Assembly: GCA_039811685.1 (NCBI GenBank)
Contig: JBDHZC010000004.1
Location: 197,924 to 261,923, forward strand
Reading direction: 5' to 3'
From: Armatimonadota bacterium
GTDB taxonomy: Bacteria > Armatimonadota > UBA5829 > DSUL01
DNA: 64,000 nt
The notes beneath the pieces are model-generated. The model was not told the DNA's origin and did not search any database. It saw nothing but the letters and a program-made list of their open reading frames with translations. Of this stretch, positions 28,689 to 39,095 are shown piece by piece. Each line of letters opens with the position of its first letter. Within the stretch, counting starts at the first letter, position 1. A program made the position numbers and the translations under genes.

Positions 28689-31415
28689 TTCGGGACGGGC
28701 GAAGGGGCGGCTTGTGGTGAGGTAGAGATCGGCCCACGCAGCTTCGTCCACCTCCGCTCGGAGCGCTCTCTTCAGTTTGTCGTATGGCTCGCCTGCGCCT
28801 GTGAAATAGGCGTGGCGCACGAAGAAGCTCTCTTCGTTGTAGCTCGTGTCTATGAACCAGGCGGCGATCTCGTCGGTTGCGTCTGACCGGAGCTCGCCAG
28901 TCGTCGGATCGTAGATGTCCACACCGCGGATAGTCACCTGCACCTGGTCGCCAGACAAGTGGCTCACCACGATATCCGGCTCTCCGAAGATCATGAAGAG
29001 GTTTCCGGCGCCGGTTTTCTTCAGGAGTTCGTCGCCCATCGTGAGGTCGGCGTTGATCCTTGTGGGAAGGACGACGAGGTTTCCGTAGCGCTTCGTCTCC
29101 TCGCCGACGTGTGGATCGAAGGCGAGGCCGGCGATGAGGAGCGTGTCGAATCCAGCGCCCTTCACAGCCTCCTTGGCGGCTTCACGTACGAGGTCCGGCG
29201 TGACGGTCCCAAACTCCGGGCCCACACAGACGGCCACCCGCTTTGTGGTCTCCCCTTCCGTATATTCACCGGCCGCGTGCAACCACTCGCCAGGGTAGAT
29301 GTCCAGACGGTCGAACTTCAGCCGCTCACCCTTGACGGTGTTCTGGACACCGGCCTTCTTCATGTTTTCGATGATGGTGACGCCAAACTCGCCCGCTCCG
29401 CGGATAGAGAACTGGTAGCCGTCCTCCGTCGGCTTTTCAAGCTCTTTTTTGCTCTGCACGGATATCTGGCGGTGAGGAGACAGGCTTTCGACGGTGAAAG
29501 GGCCTGTAACGCGGATGCGCTTGTTGTCTTCGTAGGGCTTGTCGTAGAGAAACTCGGCGTCGGCCCGGCGGGCGATGCTGGCGTCAATCTCCTGCTGGCG
29601 CTCCCGGCGCAGGTCCCACCATTTCTTCAGCAGGGCCTCCGCCTCACTGCCCACTGGCTTCTTCCCGCTGTCCCCTGTCCGCGGCACTTCCCACTCTTCC
29701 CAGCTCTTTCCGAAGGCCTGGTTGATTTTTGCTCGCAAGTCCTCCAGCGCGGGCTGCCACTTTTCGTGGATGGTGTCTATCTCTTCGTTGTTGGCGATGG
29801 ATTTCAGCGTGATGTGCGGCACGCGCTGGTAAACAAAGCCGCGCTTGATGTCGTGGCCAGTGGTCAGTGATTGGTGGTCAGTGGGCAGTGAGGCGTGGTC
29901 GGCTTCCAGCCCTCTGATTTCGGACTCTTTCTTGCGCCCCTCGGGGGAATCGGCCAGCAGGTAGTAAGGAAACTTCGCGCACATAAGGCGTGTGCGGGCA
30001 AGGGTCAGCGCTACGCGAGAGGTGTCGCAGGTGATCCAGCGGCGTCCCCACTGCTCCGCTACGTACGCCGTCGTGCCGCTGCCGCAGGTGGGGTCCAGGA
30101 CGAGGTCGCCGGGGTCGGTGGTCATGAGGAGGCAACGCTCGATCACACGGCGCGCGGTCTGGACCACATACTGCTTGTCTTCGCTCCAGCCTGCTATGAC
30201 GGTGTCAGTCCAGAGAGCGTTCAGTGGGACAGCACCGAAATCGTCGAGGAACCTAATGTACCCTGCCGAACTGCGCCGCGCGGAAACGCGACCGGCAGTG
30301 ATCAGACGCGCCATACCTTCAGGGTTCGACTTGTAGCTGTTCGCATATGTGCGCCCGTTCACTACCACCTCGAATACAGGGTTGCCTTGTGTCGCCAAAT
30401 TGTCGTGGCGGAACAGCTTGCTGCCGGCCGGCAGCTGTTGTATCGCAGCTAAATCATCTGTCGGGAGTGTGCGGGTACTTCCGTCAGGCAGCATTGCATA
30501 GCGGTATTCTGCTGTGCCGCCACCGCCCAACTCCTTGTTTAGGTAAAGCTGATGGTACTTCACAGCCTCTCGGTTCTTCGTGTACCACAGCAGATAGTCT
30601 GCAACCCCGGTCAGCAAGCGCGACTGGAAACCGCTGGTTTTCGCAAAGACTATCTCGCCGCAGGAATTCTCACTCCCAAACACCTCGTCCAGAAGGCACC
30701 GCACCAGGTGCACGTTCTCATCACCAATCTGCACGAACACGCTGCCGGATTCAGTGAGAAGCTCGCGGGCGACGACCAGCCTGTCGCGGAGATACGCGAG
30801 GTACGAGTGGATGCCGTACTCCCACGTGTCCCGGAACGCCCGGACCTGCTCCGGCTGGCGCGTCAGGTCAGAGGCTGCCCCGTCCTTCACATCGCGCTTG
30901 CGCGTGGACACCTGCCAGTTGCTGCCGAACTTGATGCCGTAGGGCGGGTCTATGTAGATCATCTGGACCTGCCCCTTCAGCCCCTCCTTCTCCGCCAGCG
31001 AGTTCATCACCAGCAGGCTGTCGCCCAGGATCATCCTGTTGGACCAGTGGTTGGCGTGCTCGTAGAACTGAATCTGTTCCTCGAACGGCAGGCCGTTGAA
31101 GGCATCGCCGAACAGATCGAGCTGGGCGGGGGGCGCTGGAGACGCTTGGGCGCTCGCCTGCCGCCGGAAGTCCTCGATAATCGCCTGCGGGTGAATCTTC
31201 TCCTGAATGTAGATGGGGACAGACAGCACGGACAGGTCCTCAGCGTCCTGCTGGTCCTTGCCCTTCCACACAAGCTGGGGGTCCAGCGACGGATCGCGCG
31301 GATACAGCACCGCCTTCGGCTTCTGCTCGTCCTCGCTTACAAACCCTCGAAGCTCCTCCGTCGGTATGTTCGGCCGGGTGTCGGAATGGGTGATGTTCTC
31401 AATCTTCTTGTTCAT
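28620..31415 (-). CDS. mod: Type III-like restriction-modification DNA methyltransferase (Mod; N6-adenine/N4-cytosine class) with a long C-terminal extension
   Basis: Catalytic IYIDPPYG motif, AdoMet-binding region (LDPTCGSGTTAYVA) and a ~350 aa C-terminal extension. Start set at ATG 31415 (MNKKIENI), which has an AGAGGA SD. The ORF track opens it at GTG 31442. Confidence 0.85.
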   Translation of the reverse strand: MNKKIENITHSDTRPNIPTEELRGFVSEDEQKPKAVLYPRDPSLDPQLVWKGKDQQDAEDLSVLSVPIYIQEKIHPQAIIEDFRRQASAQASPAPPAQLDLFGDAFNGLPFEEQIQFYEHANHWSNRMILGDSLLVMNSLAEKEGLKGQVQMIYIDPPYGIKFGSNWQVSTRKRDVKDGAASDLTRQPEQVRAFRDTWEYGIHSYLAYLRDRLVVARELLTESGSVFVQIGDENVHLVRCLLDEVFGSENSCGEIVFAKTSGFQSRLLTGVADYLLWYTKNREAVKYHQLYLNKELGGGGTAEYRYAMLPDGSTRTLPTDDLAAIQQLPAGSKLFRHDNLATQGNPVFEVVVNGRTYANSYKSNPEGMARLITAGRVSARRSSAGYIRFLDDFGAVPLNALWTDTVIAGWSEDKQYVVQTARRVIERCLLMTTDPGDLVLDPTCGSGTTAYVAEQWGRRWITCDTSRVALTLARTRLMCAKFPYYLLADSPEGRKKESEIRGLEADHASLPTDHQSLTTGHDIKRGFVYQRVPHITLKSIANNEEIDTIHEKWQPALEDLRAKINQAFGKSWEEWEVPRTGDSGKKPVGSEAEALLKKWWDLRRERQQEIDASIARRADAEFLYDKPYEDNKRIRVTGPFTVESLSPHRQISVQSKKELEKPTEDGYQFSIRGAGEFGVTIIENMKKAGVQNTVKGERLKFDRLDIYPGEWLHAAGEYTEGETTKRVAVCVGPEFGTVTPDLVREAAKEAVKGAGFDTLLIAGLAFDPHVGEETKRYGNLVVLPTRINADLTMGDELLKKTGAGNLFMIFGEPDIVVSHLSGDQVQVTIRGVDIYDPTTGELRSDATDEIAAWFIDTSYNEESFFVRHAYFTGAGEPYDKLKRALRAEVDEAAWADLYLTTSRPFARPESGKIAVKVINHYGDEVLKVYDV

Positions 31416-32004
31416 GGGTCCTCTGGGCCTCATGGGACGCACGCTGAATGTTACGTTGCCGCAGCCGCGCCCGCGTCATGCGCTCGCGCAGGCCACCTTC
31501 CTCAAGGAAGGACTTCTCCAGGCTTCTCAGCAGGCGGTCCAGCAGATAGTTCGTCTGGTGAATCAGGCAGATGATGGTGTTTGCCGCGACCTCCGGAGGC
31601 GCGTGGGCCACACGAGTCTCATAAGTCTTATAGGACACATGCTCCCCGTACGCCAGCTTCCGGATTACCTGCGCCTGCGGGTGGTTTTTGTCCCACGCCG
31701 GCAGTTTGCGCGTGCGCAGAAAGTCGCGGTAGTCCTCCAGAAGCTCCTCCAGACTGGCGCGCGCGACGTTCATCAGCTTGATTTCCGTCTCTTTGGAGGT
31801 CGCCGAAGCCATGCTCCCTTCCACGATGTTTTGCTTGCCAGACCTTGCCGCCTGAATCATCTGATCGTGTGTCCGGCTGCGCCTGTCAACAAAGCGCTGA
31901 CAAAAGGCGGCCGTCGCGTCATAGACGATCCTGGCTTTCTGGTAGGCCGCAAGGTCCTGGTAGCCTCCGTGCTTCGGGATGAAGCCTGCTTCAGACATCG
32001 GCAT
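31399..32004 (-). CDS. Four-helix-bundle protein (TIGR02436; 23S rRNA intervening-sequence protein family)
   Basis: Characteristic block …QKARIVYDATAAFCQRF…QMIQAARSGKQNIVEG…EIKLMNVARASLEELLEDY…. It overlaps res at its 5' end and mod at its 3' end. Confidence 0.75.
   Translation of the reverse strand: MPMSEAGFIPKHGGYQDLAAYQKARIVYDATAAFCQRFVDRRSRTHDQMIQAARSGKQNIVEGSMASATSKETEIKLMNVARASLEELLEDYRDFLRTRKLPAWDKNHPQAQVIRKLAYGEHVSYKTYETRVAHAPPEVAANTIICLIHQTNYLLDRLLRSLEKSFLEEGGLRERMTRARLRQRNIQRASHEAQRTHEQED
31413..31441. repeat. Res/Mod junction repeat, copy A (29 bp)
   Basis: CATGGGTCCTCTGGGCCTCATGGGACGCA matches 32002-32030 at 26/29. In one frame it encodes the four-helix-bundle C-terminal tail ASHEAQRTHEQED*; in another it encodes MRPMRPRGPM, which leads into mod. 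Confidence 0.8.
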
Positions 32005-34996
32005 GGGTCTTGTGGGTCTCATGGGACGCATGATGGAGCCAGGCCCGTATCGTCTGCTTCGCATCCCACGGATCGCTTATCTCCAGGAACGCCCAGCGGC
32101 CGTAGCCGCCGTGGTTGTTGATGGCTGGAACCCACAGTGTCCGGGCCGTAGCGGTCTTCGCCGTCTTGTCCTTTCTCTTTTCACCGGAGCACTCGAGGAT
32201 CAGGTTCAGCGTCTGTCCGTCCCCCTGCCGGACGTGGCAGATGAAGTCCGGGATGTAGCTGCGCTCCTCCCCGGAAAGCGAATAGGGAATTGTGAAGCCG
32301 AGGTTGTGGTTCTTGACGTAGTGTGCGACTTCGACCATCTCCTCCAGCGCCTGCGCAAGTTTTTGCTCCCACGACTCCGTGTCGGCCACGACGTGCGAGA
32401 TGTGGCACTTTTCCGGATCGGTCGCATACACCGGGCGCGTTGTGTCGAAGTCCACGTAGCGCGTGGAGCCGACGGTGTCATACGGTCGCAGGATCGGTAT
32501 CAGCCGCTTTTCGCCCTCCTGGGACGCCACAATCGCCCTGTAGATACGGTCGGCGGCGTCGTGCTGAAACTGGGTCAGGAGCATAAGCTGCGGGAAGCAG
32601 TTGTCCTTGCAGGTGAGGCATTCCTCAAGCCAGCGGCGGGCGATTTCGACCAGATCCGGGAAGTACCAGTGTTTGATATTACCCTCTTCGTCCCGGAAGT
32701 ACGCCTCGAGCGTCCGTTTGGCCAGGATAAAGGCCACCTCTTGCATTCGGTGTTTGCGAAGGTCATCCAGGTTGTGAATAACGGTTTCACCGACAAAGGC
32801 GCCCATCTTCGTGCGAGTGGTAACATCTTCGGTCGTGAGGGCGAAGCGTGAATCCTCTGTGAAATCTGCGGTCAGCCGCTCCGCGGGAAACTCATAGCGG
32901 TATCCCGAAACACGCGGGAAGGTGATCTCGCATGCAATCCGGTCTTCCAGCGCCCGGACGCGCGTGGGGATCGGTCCGGGTTTCGGGTCGGTCATCGAAC
33001 CGGCCGCCGGGATAAAGGAAAACGGAACGCCGTACACCTCTGCGTATTCTGCGGGGAACAGCCCGTTGTCATCCGGCTGATGGCTCATTCGGCGCAGCCC
33101 GCGTCCAACCACCTGCTCACAGAGGAGCTGTGTCCCAAATGCGCGTACCCCGAGGATATGGGTCACGGTGTTCGCATCCCAGCCTTCGGTGAGCATTGAG
33201 ACTGAGACAACGCAGCGCACATGCTCCCCCAGCTTTCCCCGTTTACCGACCGTGTTCATAACCTCGCGCAGCAGGTCCTCATCGGTCAACTTGCTGGCGT
33301 CGCGTCCAGGGAAGCGCGCTACATACTCCGCCTTGAACTCCTCGATCTCGGCGGCGGCTATCTTCTTGAACTCATCGCTCATCGCCTCGCCCGATTCGAG
33401 CTGCTCGCTGTCAATCAGAATCGTGTTCGGACGGTGCAGCCACTGGCCGTGCTCGACATTGCTGAAAAGAGGGAGCGCCCCGGGCACATTGACCGTCTGG
33501 CCATCTTCGAGCGGTTTCTCCCATCCGGCGATGAAGTCGAAGACGAGCTTCGAAACGTTCGTGTTGTTGCAGACGACAATGAACACCGGCGGAACGCCGG
33601 AATTACCGGCGTCATCTGTGCTCTGCTCCCACTGCCGGTAGTATTTCTCGTAGTTGCCGTAAAGGCTGCGAATGGCGCCTTCCAGCTCTGCTGGCAGCTT
33701 TGGTTCAACGGGAGCAGCCTCCGTGCCGCGGCCTTTTTTCGGGAGATCGTCCCGGATGCGCGTCCACAGATCGCGGTACGTCGGCTGGTCGCCCGTCATG
33801 GAATCGTCCGCTACGGGCACGCGCGGGACTTTCACGATGCCGGACTCGATGGCGTCCACGAGAGAGAAGTCCGAGACAACCCACGGGAACAACATCCCTT
33901 CCGGATAGCCTGACCCGCGAAGGAAGAACGGTGTTGCGGACAGATCGTAGATGGCCTTTACACCTATCTTGTTCTTGACCGCCTCAATGCCTGATATCCA
34001 GACGCGGGCTGCTTCGTCGCGCTTCTGCGCCTCTTTGCGCTCATCGCCGGTCAGCTTTTCTTCGGGGGCTTCCGGCTTGCGCCTGTAGCAGTGGTGCGCT
34101 TCGTCGTTGATGACGATGATGTTCTTCTTCGAGCCAAATTGCCGGCACACTCTGCGCACCATTTCATCGGGCGTCTCCGTGAACGTCGAGCTTGACGAAC
34201 CTCCACGCGACTGCAGCACCTCTTTGGTGAGCTTCCCGGCCGAGATCTTTTCCCGGTGGAGGAATGCGTGGTAGTTCGTGATGAGGATATTGGCCTGACC
34301 GAGATCTTCGCGCATGTCGGCGGGCACAACATCCATAGTCCGGTAGTAGTTGTCCCCGTCGTTTGGGAGCAACACGCGCAGGCGGTCTTTGATGGTGATT
34401 CCCGGCGTGATAATCAGAAAAGTATCGGAAAAGCGCGTGTCCTGCCGGTTTGCCAGCTTGTTGAGGGTGTGCCAGGCGATAAGCATGGCCATAACGACCG
34501 TCTTGCCAGTTCCCGTGGCCATCTTGAGCGCAAGGCGGTCCAAACCGGGATTGCTGGCGTTGTTGAAGTCTTTCAGCTTTGTGGCCAGGGACGCATCGCC
34601 CATTTTGCCCGCGCACTCGGTTAGGTAGATCAGAGTCTCCAGCGCTTCGATCTGGCAGAAGTAGAGCCGCCGCTCGCGATCTTCAGCGGTCCAGTGCGCA
34701 AGAAGCTGCCGGGTAACGGGGGTAACGCCTGGTCTGCCCTCCCGCCGCCACAATCCCACGCGCTCGCGCACCAGATTGATGAAGGTATTCTCTTCGATTC
34801 GCTCCTGCGTCCATTCCGTAGCCAGCACAAGCTGTTTGCTTTTCTTCTTGGCTTTTGGGACGGGAATGAAGTAGGAGCTGCGCCTGCGGCTTTCGACGAT
34901 GTCGCTCGTGATGCCATCTTCATCGAAGCGGAAGTGGCGGCGGGGCTCCTCAAAAGGAGAGTTGATAACGGGGTTTTCGATTACGACCTGAGCCAT
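31991..34996 (-). CDS. res: Type III restriction endonuclease Res subunit (SF2 helicase-nuclease)
   Basis: Classical Res N-terminus MAQVVIENPVINSPFEEPRRHF. Helicase motifs I (MATGTGKT) and II (VINDEAHH) and motif VI (QVVGRGLRR) are present across ~1000 aa. Confidence 0.9.
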   Translation of the reverse strand: MAQVVIENPVINSPFEEPRRHFRFDEDGITSDIVESRRRSSYFIPVPKAKKKSKQLVLATEWTQERIEENTFINLVRERVGLWRREGRPGVTPVTRQLLAHWTAEDRERRLYFCQIEALETLIYLTECAGKMGDASLATKLKDFNNASNPGLDRLALKMATGTGKTVVMAMLIAWHTLNKLANRQDTRFSDTFLIITPGITIKDRLRVLLPNDGDNYYRTMDVVPADMREDLGQANILITNYHAFLHREKISAGKLTKEVLQSRGGSSSSTFTETPDEMVRRVCRQFGSKKNIIVINDEAHHCYRRKPEAPEEKLTGDERKEAQKRDEAARVWISGIEAVKNKIGVKAIYDLSATPFFLRGSGYPEGMLFPWVVSDFSLVDAIESGIVKVPRVPVADDSMTGDQPTYRDLWTRIRDDLPKKGRGTEAAPVEPKLPAELEGAIRSLYGNYEKYYRQWEQSTDDAGNSGVPPVFIVVCNNTNVSKLVFDFIAGWEKPLEDGQTVNVPGALPLFSNVEHGQWLHRPNTILIDSEQLESGEAMSDEFKKIAAAEIEEFKAEYVARFPGRDASKLTDEDLLREVMNTVGKRGKLGEHVRCVVSVSMLTEGWDANTVTHILGVRAFGTQLLCEQVVGRGLRRMSHQPDDNGLFPAEYAEVYGVPFSFIPAAGSMTDPKPGPIPTRVRALEDRIACEITFPRVSGYRYEFPAERLTADFTEDSRFALTTEDVTTRTKMGAFVGETVIHNLDDLRKHRMQEVAFILAKRTLEAYFRDEEGNIKHWYFPDLVEIARRWLEECLTCKDNCFPQLMLLTQFQHDAADRIYRAIVASQEGEKRLIPILRPYDTVGSTRYVDFDTTRPVYATDPEKCHISHVVADTESWEQKLAQALEEMVEVAHYVKNHNLGFTIPYSLSGEERSYIPDFICHVRQGDGQTLNLILECSGEKRKDKTAKTATARTLWVPAINNHGGYGRWAFLEISDPWDAKQTIRAWLHHASHETHKTHADV
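32002..32030. repeat. Res/Mod junction repeat, copy B (29 bp)
   Basis: CATGGGTCTTGTGGGTCTCATGGGACGCA encodes the res C-terminal tail ASHETHKTHADV* in one frame and MRPMRPTRPM, leading into the four-helix-bundle protein, in another. Confidence 0.8.
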
Positions 34997-35220
34997 GGTA
35001 TCTCGTGTCAGCCGTGTAGTCCGCGCACGCTGATCAGCTTAATATAGCGAATCACCGGCCTGCGGTCAATCAGAAGCTGAAGGAGAGAGCGCAATACAGC
35101 CCAATTTCGTCCCCTGGAACCTGCCCCCGACTTTTGTTCGTTGGGCTAAAATGGAGTGGTTCGCACAGCCGCTCCCAGTGCGTCAGCATCCGCTCGGTCA
35201 ACAGTAGGGGTTTTGTGTCT

Positions 35221-38184
35221 ATGTCTCAAGACAAAATCATCATTCACGGCGCGCGCCAGCACAACCTTAAAGATATCGATCTTGAGATTCCGCGCGACAA
35301 ATTGGTGGTGATTACGGGACTGTCCGGCTCGGGCAAGTCTTCGCTGGCCTTTGACACCATTTATGCGGAGGGGCAACGCCGGTATGTAGAGTCGCTCTCA
35401 GCCTACGCGCGGCAGTTTCTGGGGCAGATGGACAAGCCGGATGTTGACGACATTCAGGGGCTGTCACCCGCCGTCTCCATCGACCAGAAATCCACCACGC
35501 GCAATCCGCGCTCTACTGTTGGCACGGTGACGGAGATTTATGACTACCTGCGCCTGCTGTTTGCCAGGGTGGGGACCCCGCACTGTCCGAAGTGCGGTCA
35601 GGCGGTTGCCCAGCAGACCACAGAGCAGATTGTGGATACCGTCCTCAGCCTGCCGGAGGGTAGCCGGCTTCAGATTCTCGCTCCTCTCGTGCGTGGTCGC
35701 AAAGGCACGTATCAAACGGTTATTGACGACGTCCGCCAGCAGGGGTACGTCCGCGTGCGCGTTGACGGGCAGATGCACGAGGTGACCGACGACATTGAGA
35801 TGGATCGCTACAAGCAGCACACCATCGAGGTTGTCATTGACCGCATCGTGCTGCGCTCGGACGCCGGGCAGCGCATCTCTGATTCTATCTCCACGGCCCT
35901 GCGCTTGGCCGGTGGCAACGTGAGCGTTTTCGTTCAGTCCCGTAAAGAAGGCGACCAGGACGGCTTTGATGAGCAGGAGCTCACCTTCAGCGAACACTTC
36001 GCATGCCCGAACTGCGGCGTCAGTCTGGAAGAGGTCGCACCTCGTAACTTCTCCTTCAACTCTCCCTATGGCGCCTGCCCTGAGTGCCACGGGCTGGGTG
36101 CGTTTCAGAAGATAGACGCCGACCTTGTCATCCCGAACAAAAAGCTGTCAATCAATCAGGGAGCTATTGCGCCACTCGCTCGCTCGACCAGCGAATACTG
36201 GCAGAAGGTTCTAAAGGGAGTTGGCGAGGCGTACGGCTTTACAATGGATACGCCTGTTGAAGACCTGACTGCCAAACAGTTTCAGATTTTGCTCAACGGT
36301 TCCGATCGGCAAATCGAAATACACTCTGAGAGCAGGTATGGGCGCGGGAGCGTGTGGCAGACCCGCTTTGAGGGCGTGCTCAACTGGCTGGACAGGCGCT
36401 ACAGAGAATCGACGTCTCCTCAGCTTCGCGAAGAGACCGAAAGACTGATGACCAGCCACCCGTGTCCGTCCTGTCACGGCGCTCGCCTGAAGCCGGAGAG
36501 CCTGGCCGTAACACTGGGGGATCGCAATATTTCGCAGGTGACGGAGCTGTCAGTCAGCGCCGCACTGGACTTCTTCGACGGACTCGCTCTTTCTGAGCGT
36601 CAGCAGATTATCGCGCGGCAGGTCGTCAAAGAAATCAAAGTACGTCTAGGTTTTCTACGAGATGTTGGACTGACCTACCTGACTCTCAACCGTGCAGCAG
36701 GCACGCTTGCGGGGGGCGAGGCTCAGCGCATCCGTCTTGCGACGCAGATAGGCTCCGGCCTGATGGGCGTCTTGTACATTCTGGACGAACCAAGCATCGG
36801 GCTTCACCAGCGCGACAACCATCGCCTCATTGAGACTCTTGTGCGCCTGCGCGATCTCGGGAACACGATCATCGTTGTGGAGCATGACGAGGACACGATG
36901 CGGGCCGCGGACTGGATCATTGATATTGGTCCGGGAGCCGGAGAGCACGGCGGCTTTGTCGTGTCCGCAGGTCCGATCGAGGAGATTATCAGAAATTCGG
37001 AGTCTTTTACCGGCCGCTACCTCGCCGGAGTTGAGCGCATCGAAGTCCCGGTTGAGCGCCGATCGCCAAACGGCAAGTTTGTCGAAGTCAAAGGCGCTAC
37101 GCAGCACAACCTTAAGAACATAGACGTGCGCATCCCGCTTGGAGTATTTACCTGCGTGACCGGAGTCTCTGGTTCTGGCAAGTCGACTCTGATTCAGGAG
37201 ACTTTGTATCCGCGGCTGATGCGCGAAGTCTATGGAACCTTCCGTGGCGCGGGCAAGCACAGAGAAATGAAGGGGGCGGAGAACGTCGACAAGGTCATCG
37301 ACATCAATCAGTCCCCGATCGGTCGCACGCCGCGTTCAAATCCAGCCACCTACACGGGTGTTTTCGATATGATCCGGCAACTCTTCGCTCAGACTCCGGA
37401 TGCCCGTATGCGTGGGTACAAGCCCGGCCGTTTCAGCTTCAACGTGAAGGGAGGCCGCTGCGAGTCATGCCACGGGGATGGGATCATCAAGATTGAGATG
37501 CACTTCCTGCCGGACGTCTATATTCCGTGCGAGGTGTGCAAAGGCAAGCGTTATAACCGGGAAACGCTGGAGGTTCGCTACAAAGGCAAGACAATCGCGG
37601 ACGTTCTGGACATGACCGTCCAACAGGCGCTGGAGTTCTTCCGAAATATTCCTCCCATCGCGCGAAAGCTCTCGACAATTCACGATGTTGGACTGGACTA
37701 TATCAAGCTGGGACAACCCGCGACACAGCTTTCGGGGGGTGAGGCCCAGCGCGTGAAGCTGGCTACGGAACTGGCCAAGCGCGGCACAGGGAAGACCCTG
37801 TATATTCTCGATGAGCCCACCACCGGACTCCATTTCCACGACATCAAGAAGCTGCTGGAAGTCTTGCAGCGCCTGACTTCTCAGGGCAACTCTGTACTGG
37901 TTATTGAGCATAACCTGGACGTCATCAAGACAGCAGACTGGATTATTGATATGGGGCCGGAAGGTGGCGAGCAGGGCGGTACAGTCGTGGCGCTGGGGAC
38001 ACCAGAAGCTGTCGCCGCGTGCGAAGCCAGTCATACCGGACGCTTTCTCAGGCCCATGCTGGACGCAGAGAAAGTGCAGCAGGCGGCGTTGAATGCCTCC
38101 ATAGATTCAGCCTCCGAGAACGGCAGCGGCCGACGTCGTCCGGCTAGAAAAAGCGCGGTGAAAAAGGTGGAGGCTGCCGCTTAG
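35221..38184 (+). CDS. uvrA: Excinuclease ABC subunit A
   Basis: Canonical start [24 protein letters not shown]. Two ABC modules ([12 protein letters not shown] and [10 protein letters not shown]), zinc-finger Cys pairs and LSGGEAQR signatures. It is transcribed divergently from res. Confidence 0.97.
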   Translation: MSQDKIIIHGARQHNLKDIDLEIPRDKLVVITGLSGSGKSSLAFDTIYAEGQRRYVESLSAYARQFLGQMDKPDVDDIQGLSPAVSIDQKSTTRNPRSTVGTVTEIYDYLRLLFARVGTPHCPKCGQAVAQQTTEQIVDTVLSLPEGSRLQILAPLVRGRKGTYQTVIDDVRQQGYVRVRVDGQMHEVTDDIEMDRYKQHTIEVVIDRIVLRSDAGQRISDSISTALRLAGGNVSVFVQSRKEGDQDGFDEQELTFSEHFACPNCGVSLEEVAPRNFSFNSPYGACPECHGLGAFQKIDADLVIPNKKLSINQGAIAPLARSTSEYWQKVLKGVGEAYGFTMDTPVEDLTAKQFQILLNGSDRQIEIHSESRYGRGSVWQTRFEGVLNWLDRRYRESTSPQLREETERLMTSHPCPSCHGARLKPESLAVTLGDRNISQVTELSVSAALDFFDGLALSERQQIIARQVVKEIKVRLGFLRDVGLTYLTLNRAAGTLAGGEAQRIRLATQIGSGLMGVLYILDEPSIGLHQRDNHRLIETLVRLRDLGNTIIVVEHDEDTMRAADWIIDIGPGAGEHGGFVVSAGPIEEIIRNSESFTGRYLAGVERIEVPVERRSPNGKFVEVKGATQHNLKNIDVRIPLGVFTCVTGVSGSGKSTLIQETLYPRLMREVYGTFRGAGKHREMKGAENVDKVIDINQSPIGRTPRSNPATYTGVFDMIRQLFAQTPDARMRGYKPGRFSFNVKGGRCESCHGDGIIKIEMHFLPDVYIPCEVCKGKRYNRETLEVRYKGKTIADVLDMTVQQALEFFRNIPPIARKLSTIHDVGLDYIKLGQPATQLSGGEAQRVKLATELAKRGTGKTLYILDEPTTGLHFHDIKKLLEVLQRLTSQGNSVLVIEHNLDVIKTADWIIDMGPEGGEQGGTVVALGTPEAVAACEASHTGRFLRPMLDAEKVQQAALNASIDSASENGSGRRRPARKSAVKKVEAAA

Positions 38185-38193
38185 AGGGACGCC

Positions 38194-38859
38194 CTAGCTC
38201 TCCCGCTCGAAGACGACGCGGGCCGGGCTTCCGTCTGCGCCTGCGAACTTGGCGGGCAGGCAGATCATCTTCCACCACCCACCGCCGACGTCCGTCAGAT
38301 CCAGCCCTTCCACCGCAATGACGCGCGCGCCAAGGACGATATCGTGGACAGTATGCGAGCCTGTGTTGAAGCCTTCGATAGAGAGATAGTCAACGCCAAT
38401 CAGGCGAATTCCTCTCTCCACAAGCCAGCGTGCCCCCGACTCTCCAATGTGCGCATAGTCCCGGGTAAAATCTCTGATTCGCATCAGACCTCGAGTCGTA
38501 TTGGAAGTTCGCAGAATCAGGCGCTGGCATTCAGGCGTATTTTGCAGATCATTCGCTTCAATTGCGCCCCTATGCTGTGCCAGATCCAATACATAGGCGG
38601 GGCCAATCAGGGTGTCAAGATTGAGGGTATCCACTCCTTCATCGCAATCGACAAAGTGGCATGGGGCGTCGAGGTGGGTTCCGGCATGGGCGGAAAAGCG
38701 CGCGTGAGTGAGGTTGCAGGAGTCACCGTTGCGGATTGAGGAAATGCGTTGTAACTCAACGGGTGGGTCTGTCGGCCAGACCGGCGTACCCGGCCCAAGC
38801 GGGACGGAAGCGTCTACGCGGGTTGTCCGGCGTGCATCCTGCATTGTGGAGCGGCTCAC
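38194..38859 (-). CDS. Cyclase-family protein (kynurenine formamidase-like)
   Basis: Cyclase-family HxGTHxDxPxH motif (SAHAGTHLDAPCHF). Confidence 0.7.
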   Translation of the reverse strand: MSRSTMQDARRTTRVDASVPLGPGTPVWPTDPPVELQRISSIRNGDSCNLTHARFSAHAGTHLDAPCHFVDCDEGVDTLNLDTLIGPAYVLDLAQHRGAIEANDLQNTPECQRLILRTSNTTRGLMRIRDFTRDYAHIGESGARWLVERGIRLIGVDYLSIEGFNTGSHTVHDIVLGARVIAVEGLDLTDVGGGWWKMICLPAKFAGADGSPARVVFERES

Positions 38860-39095
38860 TCCTGGATCAGTATTCGGATTCGACTTCTCAGAGTCTCAGG
38901 ACACCGGCACTCCTGTCCCTTTTCTCTCACAACTTTCCAGAATGAGGCCTCGAACTCGAACAGCCCGCAGCAGTGTCTGCAAATGTTCAGGTGCTCTTCG
39001 ACCTCTTCAAGTGATGCAGTCGCGCCTTCCCTGTCAAGGAATTCGTACAACCGCGCGACTGCCTCCCGGCAGCTAATCTGTCTGCGTTCCGACAT
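38856..39095 (-). CDS. Anti-sigma factor, zinc-finger type (zf-HC2, ChrR/RsrA-like)
   Basis: HLNICRHCC motif (H-x3-C-x2-C). It is encoded immediately after, and overlapping, the ECF sigma gene. Start taken at MSERRQ (39095). Confidence 0.7.
   Translation of the reverse strand: MSERRQISCREAVARLYEFLDREGATASLEEVEEHLNICRHCCGLFEFEASFWKVVREKGQECRCPETLRSRIRILIQE

Noticed and set aside
28959-32851. Long plus-strand ORFs 28959..29870, 29895..30452, 30552..31574, 31213..32121 and 31979..32851
   Set aside because: They are antisense to the mod and res genes, with no motifs. They arise from high GC and rare stop codons.
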